Part shown: one piece after another, positions 1 through 9,190 of the stretch
Layout of the letters: each line of letters opens with the position of its first letter
Position numbering within the stretch: position 1 is the first letter of the stretch
Origin: Macrostomum lignano
Lineage: Eukaryota
DNA: 27,134 nt
Assembly (NCBI GenBank): GCA_002269645.1
Contig: NIVC01005067.1
Location: 1 to 27,134 of the forward strand
Reading direction: 5' to 3'
Made by a program: the position numbers and the translations under genes
Notes under the pieces: generated by a model
Database searches by the model: none
What the model was told of the DNA's origin: nothing
The model's input: the letters and a program-made list of their open reading frames with translations, nothing else

Positions 1-803
1 TGTCTTCGTTTGTCGGTAGGCCTTCCGGCGTAATCACGTGGCCTAGATAGTGGAGCTCCTTCTTGAATAAATGGCATTTCTTCGGCTTTAGCTTCAAGTT
101 GGCGGCCATGATTCGTTTTAGGACTTGTCGTAGACAGTGTAAGTGATCTTGAACGTCACTGCGTGTACAACGATGTCGTCCATGTAACCAAGAGCGGCCT
201 GCGGTGCTAGTCCTTCTAGCAGTTGGTTGATACAACGCTGGAACGATCGGGGGCTGTCGTGAGTCCCATTGGTAGCACCTTGAAGCAGAATTGTCCACGA
301 TCGAGCACGGAGAAGGCAGTGATGTCGCCTGGTCTTCCTCGCGAGAGGGATCTGGTAGAAGCCTTGTACCAGGTCGAGGCTTGAGTACCACTGCGCTCCT
401 TTGAGTTGGCGAAAGTTTCCTGAATGTGCGGGATCGGGTACGGGTGCTTCAGCGTCACATCGTTGATCGCTCTGAAGTCGTGCACAATACGAATCGTCTT
501 GTCCTTCTTTGGCACTAGGATCATCGGCGAATTGTAACTGGATACGTTGGCCGAATGATGGCCTTTCTTCAGCATATCGTCGAGCATCTGATCCAATTGC
601 GGTCGTAGATGCGGAGGTATGCCGGCGAGGAGGAATCGCGATTGGCGTCGAGTCTGTGAGCACATCTCATGAGTTACCAGGTGTGTCAATCCGTGGTCCA
701 GCGGAGTTAGGGAGAATGCCTTCTCGCATTCCTTGAGTCTTCCTGAACCTGGTGCTTCTGGTGGCTGTTCAGCTGGTCTCCGACGTCGACCTCGTTGACC
801 CAA
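1..803 (-). pseudogene. pol: Gypsy reverse transcriptase (frameshifted)
   Basis: Pieces in alternating frames: SPMILVPKKDKTIRIVHDFRAIN, YSSLDLVQGFYQIPL, TAF..GQFCFKVLPMGL, LGYMDDIVV (YxDD), KLKPKKCHF near the window edge. Confidence 0.93.
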
Positions 804-1194
804 CTGTCAGTCGTTTCTTCAGTCGTTATCAGTTGACGGACTTCTGGCTCAATCGACTCGCTGAAGTACTCGAGGTCCTGGTCTTGAGGGGCGTGCTACT
901 CCCAATAGCATGTTGCGACGCAAGTGAATCCGTGTCTGATGGGTTGAGTACTTCCATCACTCCTCGACTTCTGTCATCGTGTGCAGGACCGGGGCTGCGT
1001 CTAACTGGTGATGCTTCGCTCGCAGTCCTGATTTGAGCGGTTCGATAATCATCGGTGAAGCCGTAGTTCTGCTGATGACCTTCGCTAGTTTAATGGGACG
1101 AGGCAGGAACATTGAGGCGGCAGAGTGCATTTTTTCAGCGACGTACACTCGACAGGCCTTCAGTTCTCTCCTTGAATAGCGTACCGGAAGTCGG

Positions 1195-1856
1195 GTGCCT
1201 TGTCGGAATGTGAGCATTCCTTGCTGGAAGTCCAGTCCTTGGCAGTGACTCCGCATGAAATCGATTCCTAAAAGATTTTCACAGTCTCCTTCGGCGACGA
1301 AGAATTCGGTTTCCGCGACATAGTCCCGAATTCGATTGATAGGATAACCTTAGGGCGCAAGACTTAACTGGGTCCGTCGTACAAAGCGACTCGGTTAGGA
1401 TAAGCAGGTGCGACTATACAACGTGGTGAACGACGGCCTAATGGCGGCCCAAGTGGACGCTCCGAGGAAGTTTCTTCTGCTTCCGCTGTCTAGCAGAAAG
1501 GCGACCTCTTGTCGAGCCACTCGTCCTGTAATAAATGGGTCGGCGTCACGCGCATGGACAGTATTTACAAAGGAGGCGTCCACGAAACCTCCATCGTCCG
1601 TTTCTTCGATTACTGACGACTCGGACGAGTCAGCTGCCGCGGCTGCGGGGCATACTCTTCCGGGGCGTGTTCGGTGTCGGCTGCATAGCCTGGGCTGGGA
1701 GCTCGGGGGGGCGTTGCCGTTTACGTCCTCCGGCCGGCCGTTTCCCGTAAACTGCTGAGTTGATTGGCGTCTATACGGACATTCTCTCGCCTTGTGTCCT
1801 TCTTGCTGATACTCGTGTAGCGTGTAGTGGGCGGTCGTTCGCTTTGACTGACGCAC
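1195..1856 (-). pseudogene. Gag Zn-knuckle remnant plus retropepsin-type aspartic protease
   Basis: QQEGHKARECP (degenerate CCHC knuckle), VAFLLDSGS catalytic motif, protease C-terminal DFM..LDF segment at the start of ORF 957-1256; start coordinate approximate. Confidence 0.8.
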
Positions 1857-2770
1857 TTGATTGGCTGCGACTTGCTGAGGCCAACGTGTTGAGTAGATGC
1901 TGCTGTTGCTGCATCATTTCCGCTTGTTTCTCACGACCTTTTCCAAGCTTCGAAGGGCGCTGTTGTTTGGCTCCTTCGAGGCTTGTCCCTCCCCGTCCAA
2001 CATTCTGACCGGGGGCTCCTTCGAACGATGAGCCAGGTCTTTGGCTAATTCCATCCTCTTCAGTGCTCACAAGGCTTCGCTGAGTGTCGTAGGTCGGATC
2101 CAGAAAAGTTTCTCGCGGCAGTCTGATGACGTGCGAATCCCTCGCAGGAACTGGTCAATCAGTTCTTGCTCTAGATGGCGAGGCTCGAGCCAAGGGAAGG
2201 CTTGCTCTCCTAGCTCCTGCAGATCATCGGCGTAATCTTCCGTTGATTCGTTCTTGCGCTGGCTGCGACCTCTGAATTCCTCTCGATATTCGTCTGGTCC
2301 AGAGAGTCGTGCGAATCTCTCTATTAGTCGTTGCTGAAGCTGTCGATAGCTGATGCGGTCGGGCAGCCTCATGCGAAGTACCGCGGCGTAGGCCGAATTT
2401 AAGTCTAAATTCGCCAGCAATTGAGCCTTCTTGTCGTCTCATCCTGTAGATCTTCTGCCTCGCATCGTAGGTCGAAAGCCTTTAACCAAACGCGGATGTC
2501 CTGCGATGGCGTATAGCTCTTCATCTTGACTTGCTTCTTAGGCTGTAGATCGAGCTGACGTTGCATGGCCTGCAGCATCCTGCGGATCATGTCCGGGTTG
2601 TTGAGTCCTGCAAATGGATCTTCCTCCTCCTCTCTTGAGTCGTCTCTAAAATTAAATCTTAAACCACATGGTATGGGCGAACCTGCAGCAGCTGCGGCGG
2701 AGTTTCCGTTGTCCTGACGCGTGTGCTGTTGATCACCGATGAAATCTTCTCGATCACTGTCGTGATACAT
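1771..2770 (-). pseudogene. gag: Gypsy gag (capsid-like), frameshifted
   Basis: IRVWLKAFDLRCEA, then FRGRSQRKNESTEDYADDLQELGEQAFP..LIDQFLRGI (retrotransposon gag pattern) across ORFs 2405-2770, 2067-2420 and 1771-2070. Confidence 0.82.
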
Positions 2771-2886
2771 CTTGATGCTGACTTAGTCGTTGTAGGCGTG
2801 ACTGATGACGTGTCCGAAAGGGTGATAGTTGAGTGACGTTGACGTCGATTCGGTGACGTTCTCCTGCTTGCTTGTTGTATTCCGTA

Positions 2887-3008
2887 TCTCGAATCTCGAA
2901 TCCTTTGTCTCGAATCTCGAATCCTTTGTCTCGAATCTCGAATTCTTTGTCTCGAATCTCGAATCCTTTGTCTCGAATCTCGAATCCTTTGTCTCGAATC
3001 TCGAATCC
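2887..3008. repeat. 21-bp tandem repeat, about 5.8 copies (TCTCGAATCTCGAATCCTTTG)
   Basis: Directly visible; one substitution in copy 3; its end overlaps the second PBS copy. Confidence 0.97.
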
Positions 3009-3022
3009 CACCGCTGCCACCA
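3001..3022 (-). other. Second (internal) tRNA-Leu primer-binding site copy, 22 nt
   Basis: Plus strand TCGAATCCCACCGCTGCCACCA matches the 3' end incl. CCA of eukaryotic tRNA-Leu(AAG/CAG type) as I recall it; preceded on the sense strand by a copy of the LTR end AACGTTACA-C. Confidence 0.85.
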
Positions 3023-3075
3023 GTGTAACGTTGGTTGTCTCTGGGTTGTCTCGTGGTGGCCTGGCAGGTCTTTGT

Positions 3076-3093
3076 ATCCCACCGCTGCCACCA
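3076..3093 (-). other. Primer-binding site (tRNA-Leu), 18 nt
   Basis: Sense TGGTGGCAGCGGTGGGAT, 1 nt downstream of LTR end ..GTTACA. Confidence 0.9.
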
Positions 3094-3094
3094 G

Positions 3095-3941
3095 TGTAAC
3101 GTTTGCCTTTTGCTTCAGTCCTATCGATTTGCCTGAAAATTGAACCTAAAACGTTAGCCTTGACTTGGTAGGGTTGCTGCCACCTTGGTGTGCGGACTCG
3201 ACGCGTCGACAGAGTTGTCTATCCGTCACCTAAAATAAAATTAACGAAGATACTCGGAGCAAAGGCCAAATCTGTAAATGTCTCGACAGTCGATCGTCTT
3301 AGTTGAATGCTGCTCGGACCTGAAAACCTGTAAAACCTGAAATGAGGGAGGAGAGCTCGGAGGCAGAGGCTTCACGAGTTAGCCACAATGCTCCGCGAGA
3401 CGACGCAGCCTGGAGAAAAATGGCTCGCAGATGCTCCGTATTTATAGCCGAGCGGACCCCCAAAAGTCACGTGAGTTTCATGCGGTGAGCGCGTGAAACT
3501 TCCTTATTTGGGCATTGAAATCATGCGAACGACGCGTGATTCAAGGCCAACTTCCAAATAAGGCAACCCTGTCACGCAGCAGTGGCGTGACTCAAGGTCA
3601 GTGGCCACGCACAGTGTGCGTGCACAGTCACGTGCTTAGTCTGTGCTAAAAATAGAACTGGGGCGGATGAGTCATCCTGTTTACTCCCTCTGGCAGCCCT
3701 TACACTCCGCGCAGGTGATGAGTCATCCTGCTACGCCTCCTCAGCGCGAGTGGGAAGACATTGAGTGTGGCTGCCCGCGCCCGCTCAGGCAATGAGTCAT
3801 CGGGCAGTAAACACTTAGGCCCAGCACAGGGTAACTCTCTCACTAGATCAGGTGGACTGAGCCACTGTGCAGCGGATCACAGCGCCCTTAGGGAAAGCTA
3901 GTGAATGCTGCTGAATAGCCAGTTAGCAGCCAGTCACTACA
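3095..3941 (-). repeat. 5' LTR of Gypsy element 1 (847 bp)
   Basis: Sense start TGTAGTG (3941), end CGTTACA (3095) next to the PBS; TATAAATA at 3439-3446; abrupt switch to AT-rich flank at 3942. Confidence 0.85.
3439..3799 (-). promoter_or_regulatory. LTR1 promoter/enhancer: TATA, 2 CArG, MEF2 site, 4 AP-1 sites
   Basis: TATA 3439-3446; CC(A/T)6GG at 3502-3511 and 3554-3563; CTAAAAATAG 3646-3655; TGA(G/C)TCA at 3588, 3668, 3719, 3793. Motif matches only. Confidence 0.6.
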
Positions 3942-4313
3942 AGTTAGAACATTAAGATAAAATGTATAAACAATAGTTCTAGCAATAATTCAAATAAAAA
4001 ATCTAAGCAAAATAGTTCAAAATAAGTATTACCAATAAAATTATATTATAGAACTCTAATTCTAATATCTCTATGACTTAATCTTCCATGAAATATAATT
4101 AGGCACTAGTGCTTATAATTGCTTTATGAAATATATTGAAATTCAGTAATAATACTAAGATAAAAAGTGTTTTAATAGTAACGTTTTATGTTTTAAAAGA
4201 TATTGTCCCAGGGCTCTAAATTATTCTTTTGTTTAGTCTTACTTGCTACCACCAAAGTTGTTGTAGGGCTATTTCTTCTTAACAATCCTACTGGTTATTA
4301 ATTGCATACATGC

Positions 4314-4465
4314 GCAACCTCGGGAATCACCCGGCCGTTTCTATTGGCAATACACACATGTAAGTCGCTATTGGCTGAGAGCAGTCACGTGACTACTATT
4401 CTGTCTAATAGCGACTTACATGTGTGTGTTGCCAATAGAAACGGCCAGGTGAATCCCTAGGTTGC
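4314..4465. repeat. 152-bp imperfect palindrome, MITE-like
   Basis: About 60-bp inverted arms (GCAACCT..GGCCGTTTCTATTGGCAA..ACACATGTAAGTCGCTATT and its reverse complement) around a central AGTCACGTGACT palindrome; no clear TSD. Confidence 0.85.
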
Positions 4466-4664
4466 TCCCAAGCATGATTAATTGCCTTTCTACTGGTAGC
4501 ACATGTACTTCTATTGGTAGCGTATGTACTTCTATTGTACTTTCTGGCCTCAGTGGTCTAATGGCACTGTCTATCCTATTCCTATACTCGTACTCCTCTA
4601 AAGATATTATTCTCTTAGCCCTGGGTGTTCTCTGGATCAGAGGGTCATAGCTTATGCTCCTTTT

Positions 4665-4760
4665 CTGCCCTGAGGCGATCTTTTCCTGCTATGAAGCATT
4701 TTCTCTGCCCTGAGGCAATCTTCTCCTGCTATGAAGCGTTTTCTCTGCCCTGAGGCGACC
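4665..4760. repeat. 40-bp tandem repeat, about 2.4 copies
   Basis: CTGCCCTGAGGC.ATCTT.TCCTGCTATGAAGC.TTTTCT starting at 4665, 4705, 4745. Confidence 0.9.
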
Positions 4761-4826
4761 TGCTACTCTGTAGGTCCTTTCTACTCTTAGTCAATTCTCT
4801 CACTTTTTAGCAGTTTTCTAACAATA

Positions 4827-6125
4827 CGAGGGTCAGTCAAAAAGTAATGATAATATTATTGTCACGAGCTTCAAGCTTCACGCACAAATCTACTTTTCTA
4901 CATAATCCCCTCTAGGGTCAGATACTTCTCCATGCAGTGTCGCCATCTCTCCAGGCCATTTGTGTAGAAGGCAGGAGGCTGCGCAGCAAGCCACTGTACG
5001 GTAGCCTTCTTGGCAGCCTCTTTGCTGTCATGTCAAACTCCCTTGATCGCCTCCTTCAGCTTTGGAAACAAAAAAAAGTCTGAAGGAGCCAAATCAGGGC
5101 TGTACAGAGGATGCTGAAGTATTTCCTAGCAGAAATCTCGCAGAGCCTCCCGGCACAGTCAAGAAGTGTGGGCTGGTGCATTGTTGTGGTGGAAGAGCAC
5201 TCCATGGTGCAGCTTGCCAGGTCACTTTTTGGCCAGTTTGGTGCGGAGCTTTCGCAAAAGCAACTCGTAGTAGATGGCATTGATGGTTTTCTGGCTTTCT
5301 AGGAAGTCAACCATCACAACTCCCTCAGCATCCCAGAACACAGTCGCCAAGACCTTTGCTGCTGACCGCTCGGCACGGAACTTCTTAGGACCCACTGAAC
5401 CACGTGGCAGCCACTCCTTAGACTGGACTTTGGACTCGGGATTGTACTGATATATCCACATTTCATCGCCGGTCTCCAATCGCTGGTAGAAGTCTTCGAA
5501 GTTGGCATCCAGGCGGTTCAGCAGGCTGATGGCACATTCAGTGCGCTGAACCTGGTGTTCAGGCCGCAACAGCCGCAGTACCCAGTGGGCACTCAGCTTG
5601 CTCAGACCAAGGCTGATGGTGACAATTGAGTGGGCACTGCCGTGAGAAATACCCACTACCTCAGCTATCTCATCAATAGTCACACAGCGATCCTGATCAA
5701 TTAGCTGCTGCATAGCCGCCACATTGTCTTCTATGCTCGATGTCGTTGGCCTGCCAGACTGCTAGGCATCTTTTACGGATTCTTGGCCTTCCTTAAAGGC
5801 TTGAATCCAGTAGTAAAGCATCGGATCAGATGGCGCAGTATCACCGTAGACCTTCTTGAAGGCCTCAATAATGTCGGCTGGCTTCCAGCCAAGTTTCACT
5901 AGAAACTTTGCATTGATGCAAGCTTTGATTTTTGAATTTTCCATGGCTGAAAGGGGTATACTGTGTTTAGAGCTTCACAAGCAGACATATATCATTCTAG
6001 AGTGACCAAAATTCTATTAAATAAAGAAGAAAAGACTATTTTTTAAATGAAACCAGTTTCACTTTGATACACCATATATTTTAGGAATTACAATAGTATT
6101 ATCATTACTTTTTGACTGACCCTCG
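4827..6125 (-). mobile_element. Mariner-family DNA transposon, full length (1299 bp), inactive
   Basis: 36-bp TIRs at 4827-4862 and 6090-6125 (35/36 match), TA duplications at 4825-4826 and 6126-6127, canonical mariner length. Confidence 0.97.
4890..5944 (-). pseudogene. Mariner transposase with stops and frameshifts
   Basis: GRP HTH linker, WVLRLL (WVPHEL-like), TGDEMW, HNNAPAH (DNA motif mutated), YSPDLAPSDF, terminal GDYVEK* in a shifted frame. Confidence 0.95.
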
Positions 6126-7898
6126 TACTCCCAATTGGGGTTCTTACACTAGGAAATGAATAAGTCTTTAAGTCTTGCAAATAGGATTTAATAGAACTCA
6201 CAAATTGCGGTAGACAAGCCTAAGGACAGTTAGACAAGTTTTCCCAGTTGACTTCTTTAGGCCCATTCTGGGCTCCTATTTATACTAGTTGTGAAATGTA
6301 TTAAAAAAATTATTTCCTGAAATGTTATTTGAACTCACAACAGTAAAACAAAAAATAATAATGACTTCTTTTTTGTGCAGATTTGAAATATGTTATTTTC
6401 CTAGAAATGCTTTATAACGTATCTAATACTTATATTGGAAGGTCTTTTTATTAAAACAAATACACTACATCAGTATATTGTCTTTTAAATACTACAATAT
6501 CAGAATGATATTTGAAGAAAAAAACTTAATAAAAGATTTACTCAATTTTAGCTCACTTTTTATTATAATATAATTGAAATAAAAAACTTATTTGGAGAAA
6601 AAAAACAAGTAGGAATTTAGCTTAAAGCCAAAGTATAGTTAATAACAATAACTTGGTTTTATAGTAGCTTTAGACCCAGGAGCATTTTATTTAATTGTCA
6701 GATTACAAAGCACCCAATAATATTTTTTTTTAAGTGGAACCCTGCTATACTACTAAATTGAGTTGAATTTTTTTTTGTAAAAAGGCTTTTACAATTGGGA
6801 AAATTATTATATTATAATACTAGCTATACATAAATATAATTCATACTTCATAACTCATTCTTTTATTTTTTTAGGATAGATTCTATCAATTATTTTGCGT
6901 TTTATTTTGTACATATACTACTTTAGGTCTAGGATAACATGCCAATTTAGCTCAGTTTATGTGAAACTATTCTGGAATTTTATAATTTATCCTGCAACTG
7001 GCAGTGATTAGGTTCTTTCTGAGGTTGGACCTTCTGTGTTATGGGCCATTCCATATAAATAAGGTCATAACATTAACAGATAAAATTCAAAGTTACACTG
7101 TCAAAAATAGTGTTATGTCATGACTATTTGGTCCTAAAATGCTTAAAAATCTGAAGCATTTTTTAGTCAGTGAACTAATACATGACCAAAGAAAAGGATG
7201 AATAAAAGACAATCATGAACTTGAATTTAAGGCTACCTGGTGTCAAAAAATGGTCCAAATGACCTCCTGAAATCAGAGTCCTCTGGTACCCATTATGTAC
7301 AAAGTTTTATAGTCAAAATGACGTCCATTCACTACTGACGCGGGACTATTTTAGTACTGGAAAATTTGTCTTCTATTCTACTATTAGTAGAATATGAAGC
7401 ATTTTTTTCGTTACATTACCCACATTTGCATTCAGGATTTTATAGGTCCAATTAGAAAATGACTTGGGATATTGATGTCTAGAAATATTTTCTTCCCTAG
7501 TACGGTACGTGTTTAGGGTTGGTTGCTGAAACTTATTTATTTTTATTTCAATTTTTAGCTGCCAGCAAAGGTAAACCACTTCTGGCCAACAAAATATTTT
7601 ATGGTATAAAAATATTAATACAAGTACAAATGCTTACAAGAAAATGTACTTATTACCAGGAAAGCAAATAGGCAACATTTTTAATGATAGGAAATAAGAT
7701 CAAATAAAGCACAGATTAAAGGTTACTAAAAAAGTTACTAAACTGACTAGAAATACACTACAGCTACAGTAAAATTTAAACATGTCGCCCAACAAGTTGT
7801 TTCTAAGCAAAATACATATAAAAACTGAAAAAAATGAAGCAAAAGCATGAGTAGAATGCATGAGGGCGGCTTCTGGGACAAATTTTTTCACGTCCTCT

Positions 7899-8110
7899 AT
7901 AATCCCATTAAATTCATCCATATTATCTCCGACAGAATCAGAAAAAAGGGGGTCGCACTTGCTCCGAAAACTTTGAACATAATCCTATTAAATCCATCCA
8001 TATTATCCCTGACAGAATCAGAGCATAACAGGTGTCCTACTTACTCCGAAAACGTCATCCATAATCCCCCTAAATCCATCCATATTATCAGAGCACAACA
8101 GGCGTCCTAC
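7899..8110. repeat. Degenerate ~81-bp tandem repeat, about 2.6 copies
   Basis: ATAATCC...TAAAT.CATCCATATTATC core at 7899, 7979 and 8061. Confidence 0.8.
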
Positions 8111-8580
8111 ATAGACATCCACCCGCAGCATCTTCGAAACAATCAGAAAATAATCTGCATTCTTCTCCCCATGGGCCAAGCCTGCGCATCTATAGTTTCT
8201 TTTATATTCTGCTTGAGAAATCAGAGGCATTTTAAAAAGAGAATAAAGTGAGACAAAAACTAGTTTATATCCAAAAGATGGTATATTTTTATTCAAAGAG
8301 TTGTTCTATCCAAATACAATAGCATAAAATTTATCGGTTAATCCAAACTGTATGAAACTATAGCGTAATCACATACTTGTAGCTAATCATATACAGTCTT
8401 GTGCGTGTTTATGCTTGTTGATTGCCAAAGACTACTCATACCGCCCACATATCTTACAGTCCTGAAAGATCTAGAGAGCCTAGGTGCGCGGTCATATGTT
8501 AAAATCTTAAATATACTTGCTTTTGGTTCAATCTTAAGCTTAGCTTGTAGCAAACTCGCTACAAAACCACCCGTGGAATT

Positions 8581-9073
8581 TCATCCACTGTGAAAGCGGA
8601 AGCGATTCAGATTCTCTGGGGCGTCTTCCATTTCTACGTCATCATAATCTGGTAGCTCTTCTGCTCCACTAGGATGTCTAGTACCTCCTCCAGAATGTCC
8701 AGTACCTCCACCAGAATGTCCAGTACCTCCACCAGAGTGTCCAGTTCCTCCACCAGAATGTCCATTTGGTAACGGTGTCGTATGGTGGTGGAGATCGTTC
8801 TTGTTCTTCTTGAACGGTAATTGCAGCGTCGACCATATTTCGGTATTTGATGGCGTTATGGGACTCCATGCGTTTATGTTTCAGAAAGAGACCTAAATGT
8901 TTAAGTAGTTGTTCCTCATTGACGAATGAATAAAATGTGTCCATGCCCTCTAGAATACTCAGGTCAACCTTTAGGATACTTCGATTATTAAGTGACCTGA
9001 TGATTTTTAGGGTCTTCTCCTTGTTTTTCCTAACCTCGTTGTATCGCTTTTTGAGTTCATTAGCAGACGGCAT
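8581..9073 (-). pseudogene. Hypothetical protein divergent from pPolB (basic helical N-terminus, PPPY, Gly-rich repeats, acidic tail); one frameshift near 8765
   Basis: MPSANELKKRY..RSPPPYDTV, then (GHSGGGT)x4..EELPDYDDVEMEDAPEN..HSG* in a shifted frame; the repeat variants are all synonymous in that frame. Confidence 0.6.
8680..8763. repeat. 21-bp coding tandem repeat, 4 copies
   Basis: AGTACCTCCACCAGAATGTCC units at 8680, 8701, 8722, 8743 with three single-base variants. Confidence 0.95.
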
Positions 9074-9190
9074 TGTGATGCTAGTTGAGCTAAATTCTAA
9101 ACGTAAAACGAAAACTAAAACCAAAACCAAAACCTGCGAATTTATGGCAGCCGGCGTGGCAAAATTCATGGCAGCCAATGAAAAAATAAC

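Larger units (their letters stand above)
1..3941 (-). mobile_element. Ty3/Gypsy LTR retrotransposon 1, 5' half (LTR-PBS-gag-PR-RT), decayed; continues beyond left edge
   Basis: LTR with TG..CA ends, adjacent 18-nt tRNA-Leu PBS, then gag, Zn-knuckle remnant, retropepsin and RT motifs in Gypsy order on the minus strand, broken by frameshifts. Confidence 0.93.

Noticed and set aside
3001-3093. tRNA-Leu genes
   Set aside because: Only the 3' 18-22 nt including CCA are present, next to LTR ends; these are primer-binding sites. The same applies to 26210-26292
2887-3093. CRISPR-like repeat-spacer array (also 26164-26292)
   Set aside because: Only two full repeats per locus, eukaryotic retroelement context, no cas genes; the 21-bp array has no spacers
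2754-3143. ORFs with FEIRDKG / DSRFETK / SNLESFV repeats
   Set aside because: Translations of the 21-bp tandem array in several frames; they lie in the untranslated leader
6128-7850. Host exons, including a possible 12-nt microexon near 7559-7570 and ORF 7373-7579
   Set aside because: Splice-like signals are common in AT-rich DNA; no recognisable protein and no transcript evidence
8385-8580. Possible Polinton integrase N-terminus (..FRTVRYVGGMSSLWQ..) on the minus strand
   Set aside because: Resembles the VGG....WQ motif, but there is no start codon and no DDE core follows; too weak without a profile search
8678-9178. Trp-rich C-terminus (WTFWWRY repeats) of the listed ORF
   Set aside because: Frameshift artefact; repeat variation is synonymous only in the GHSGGGT frame
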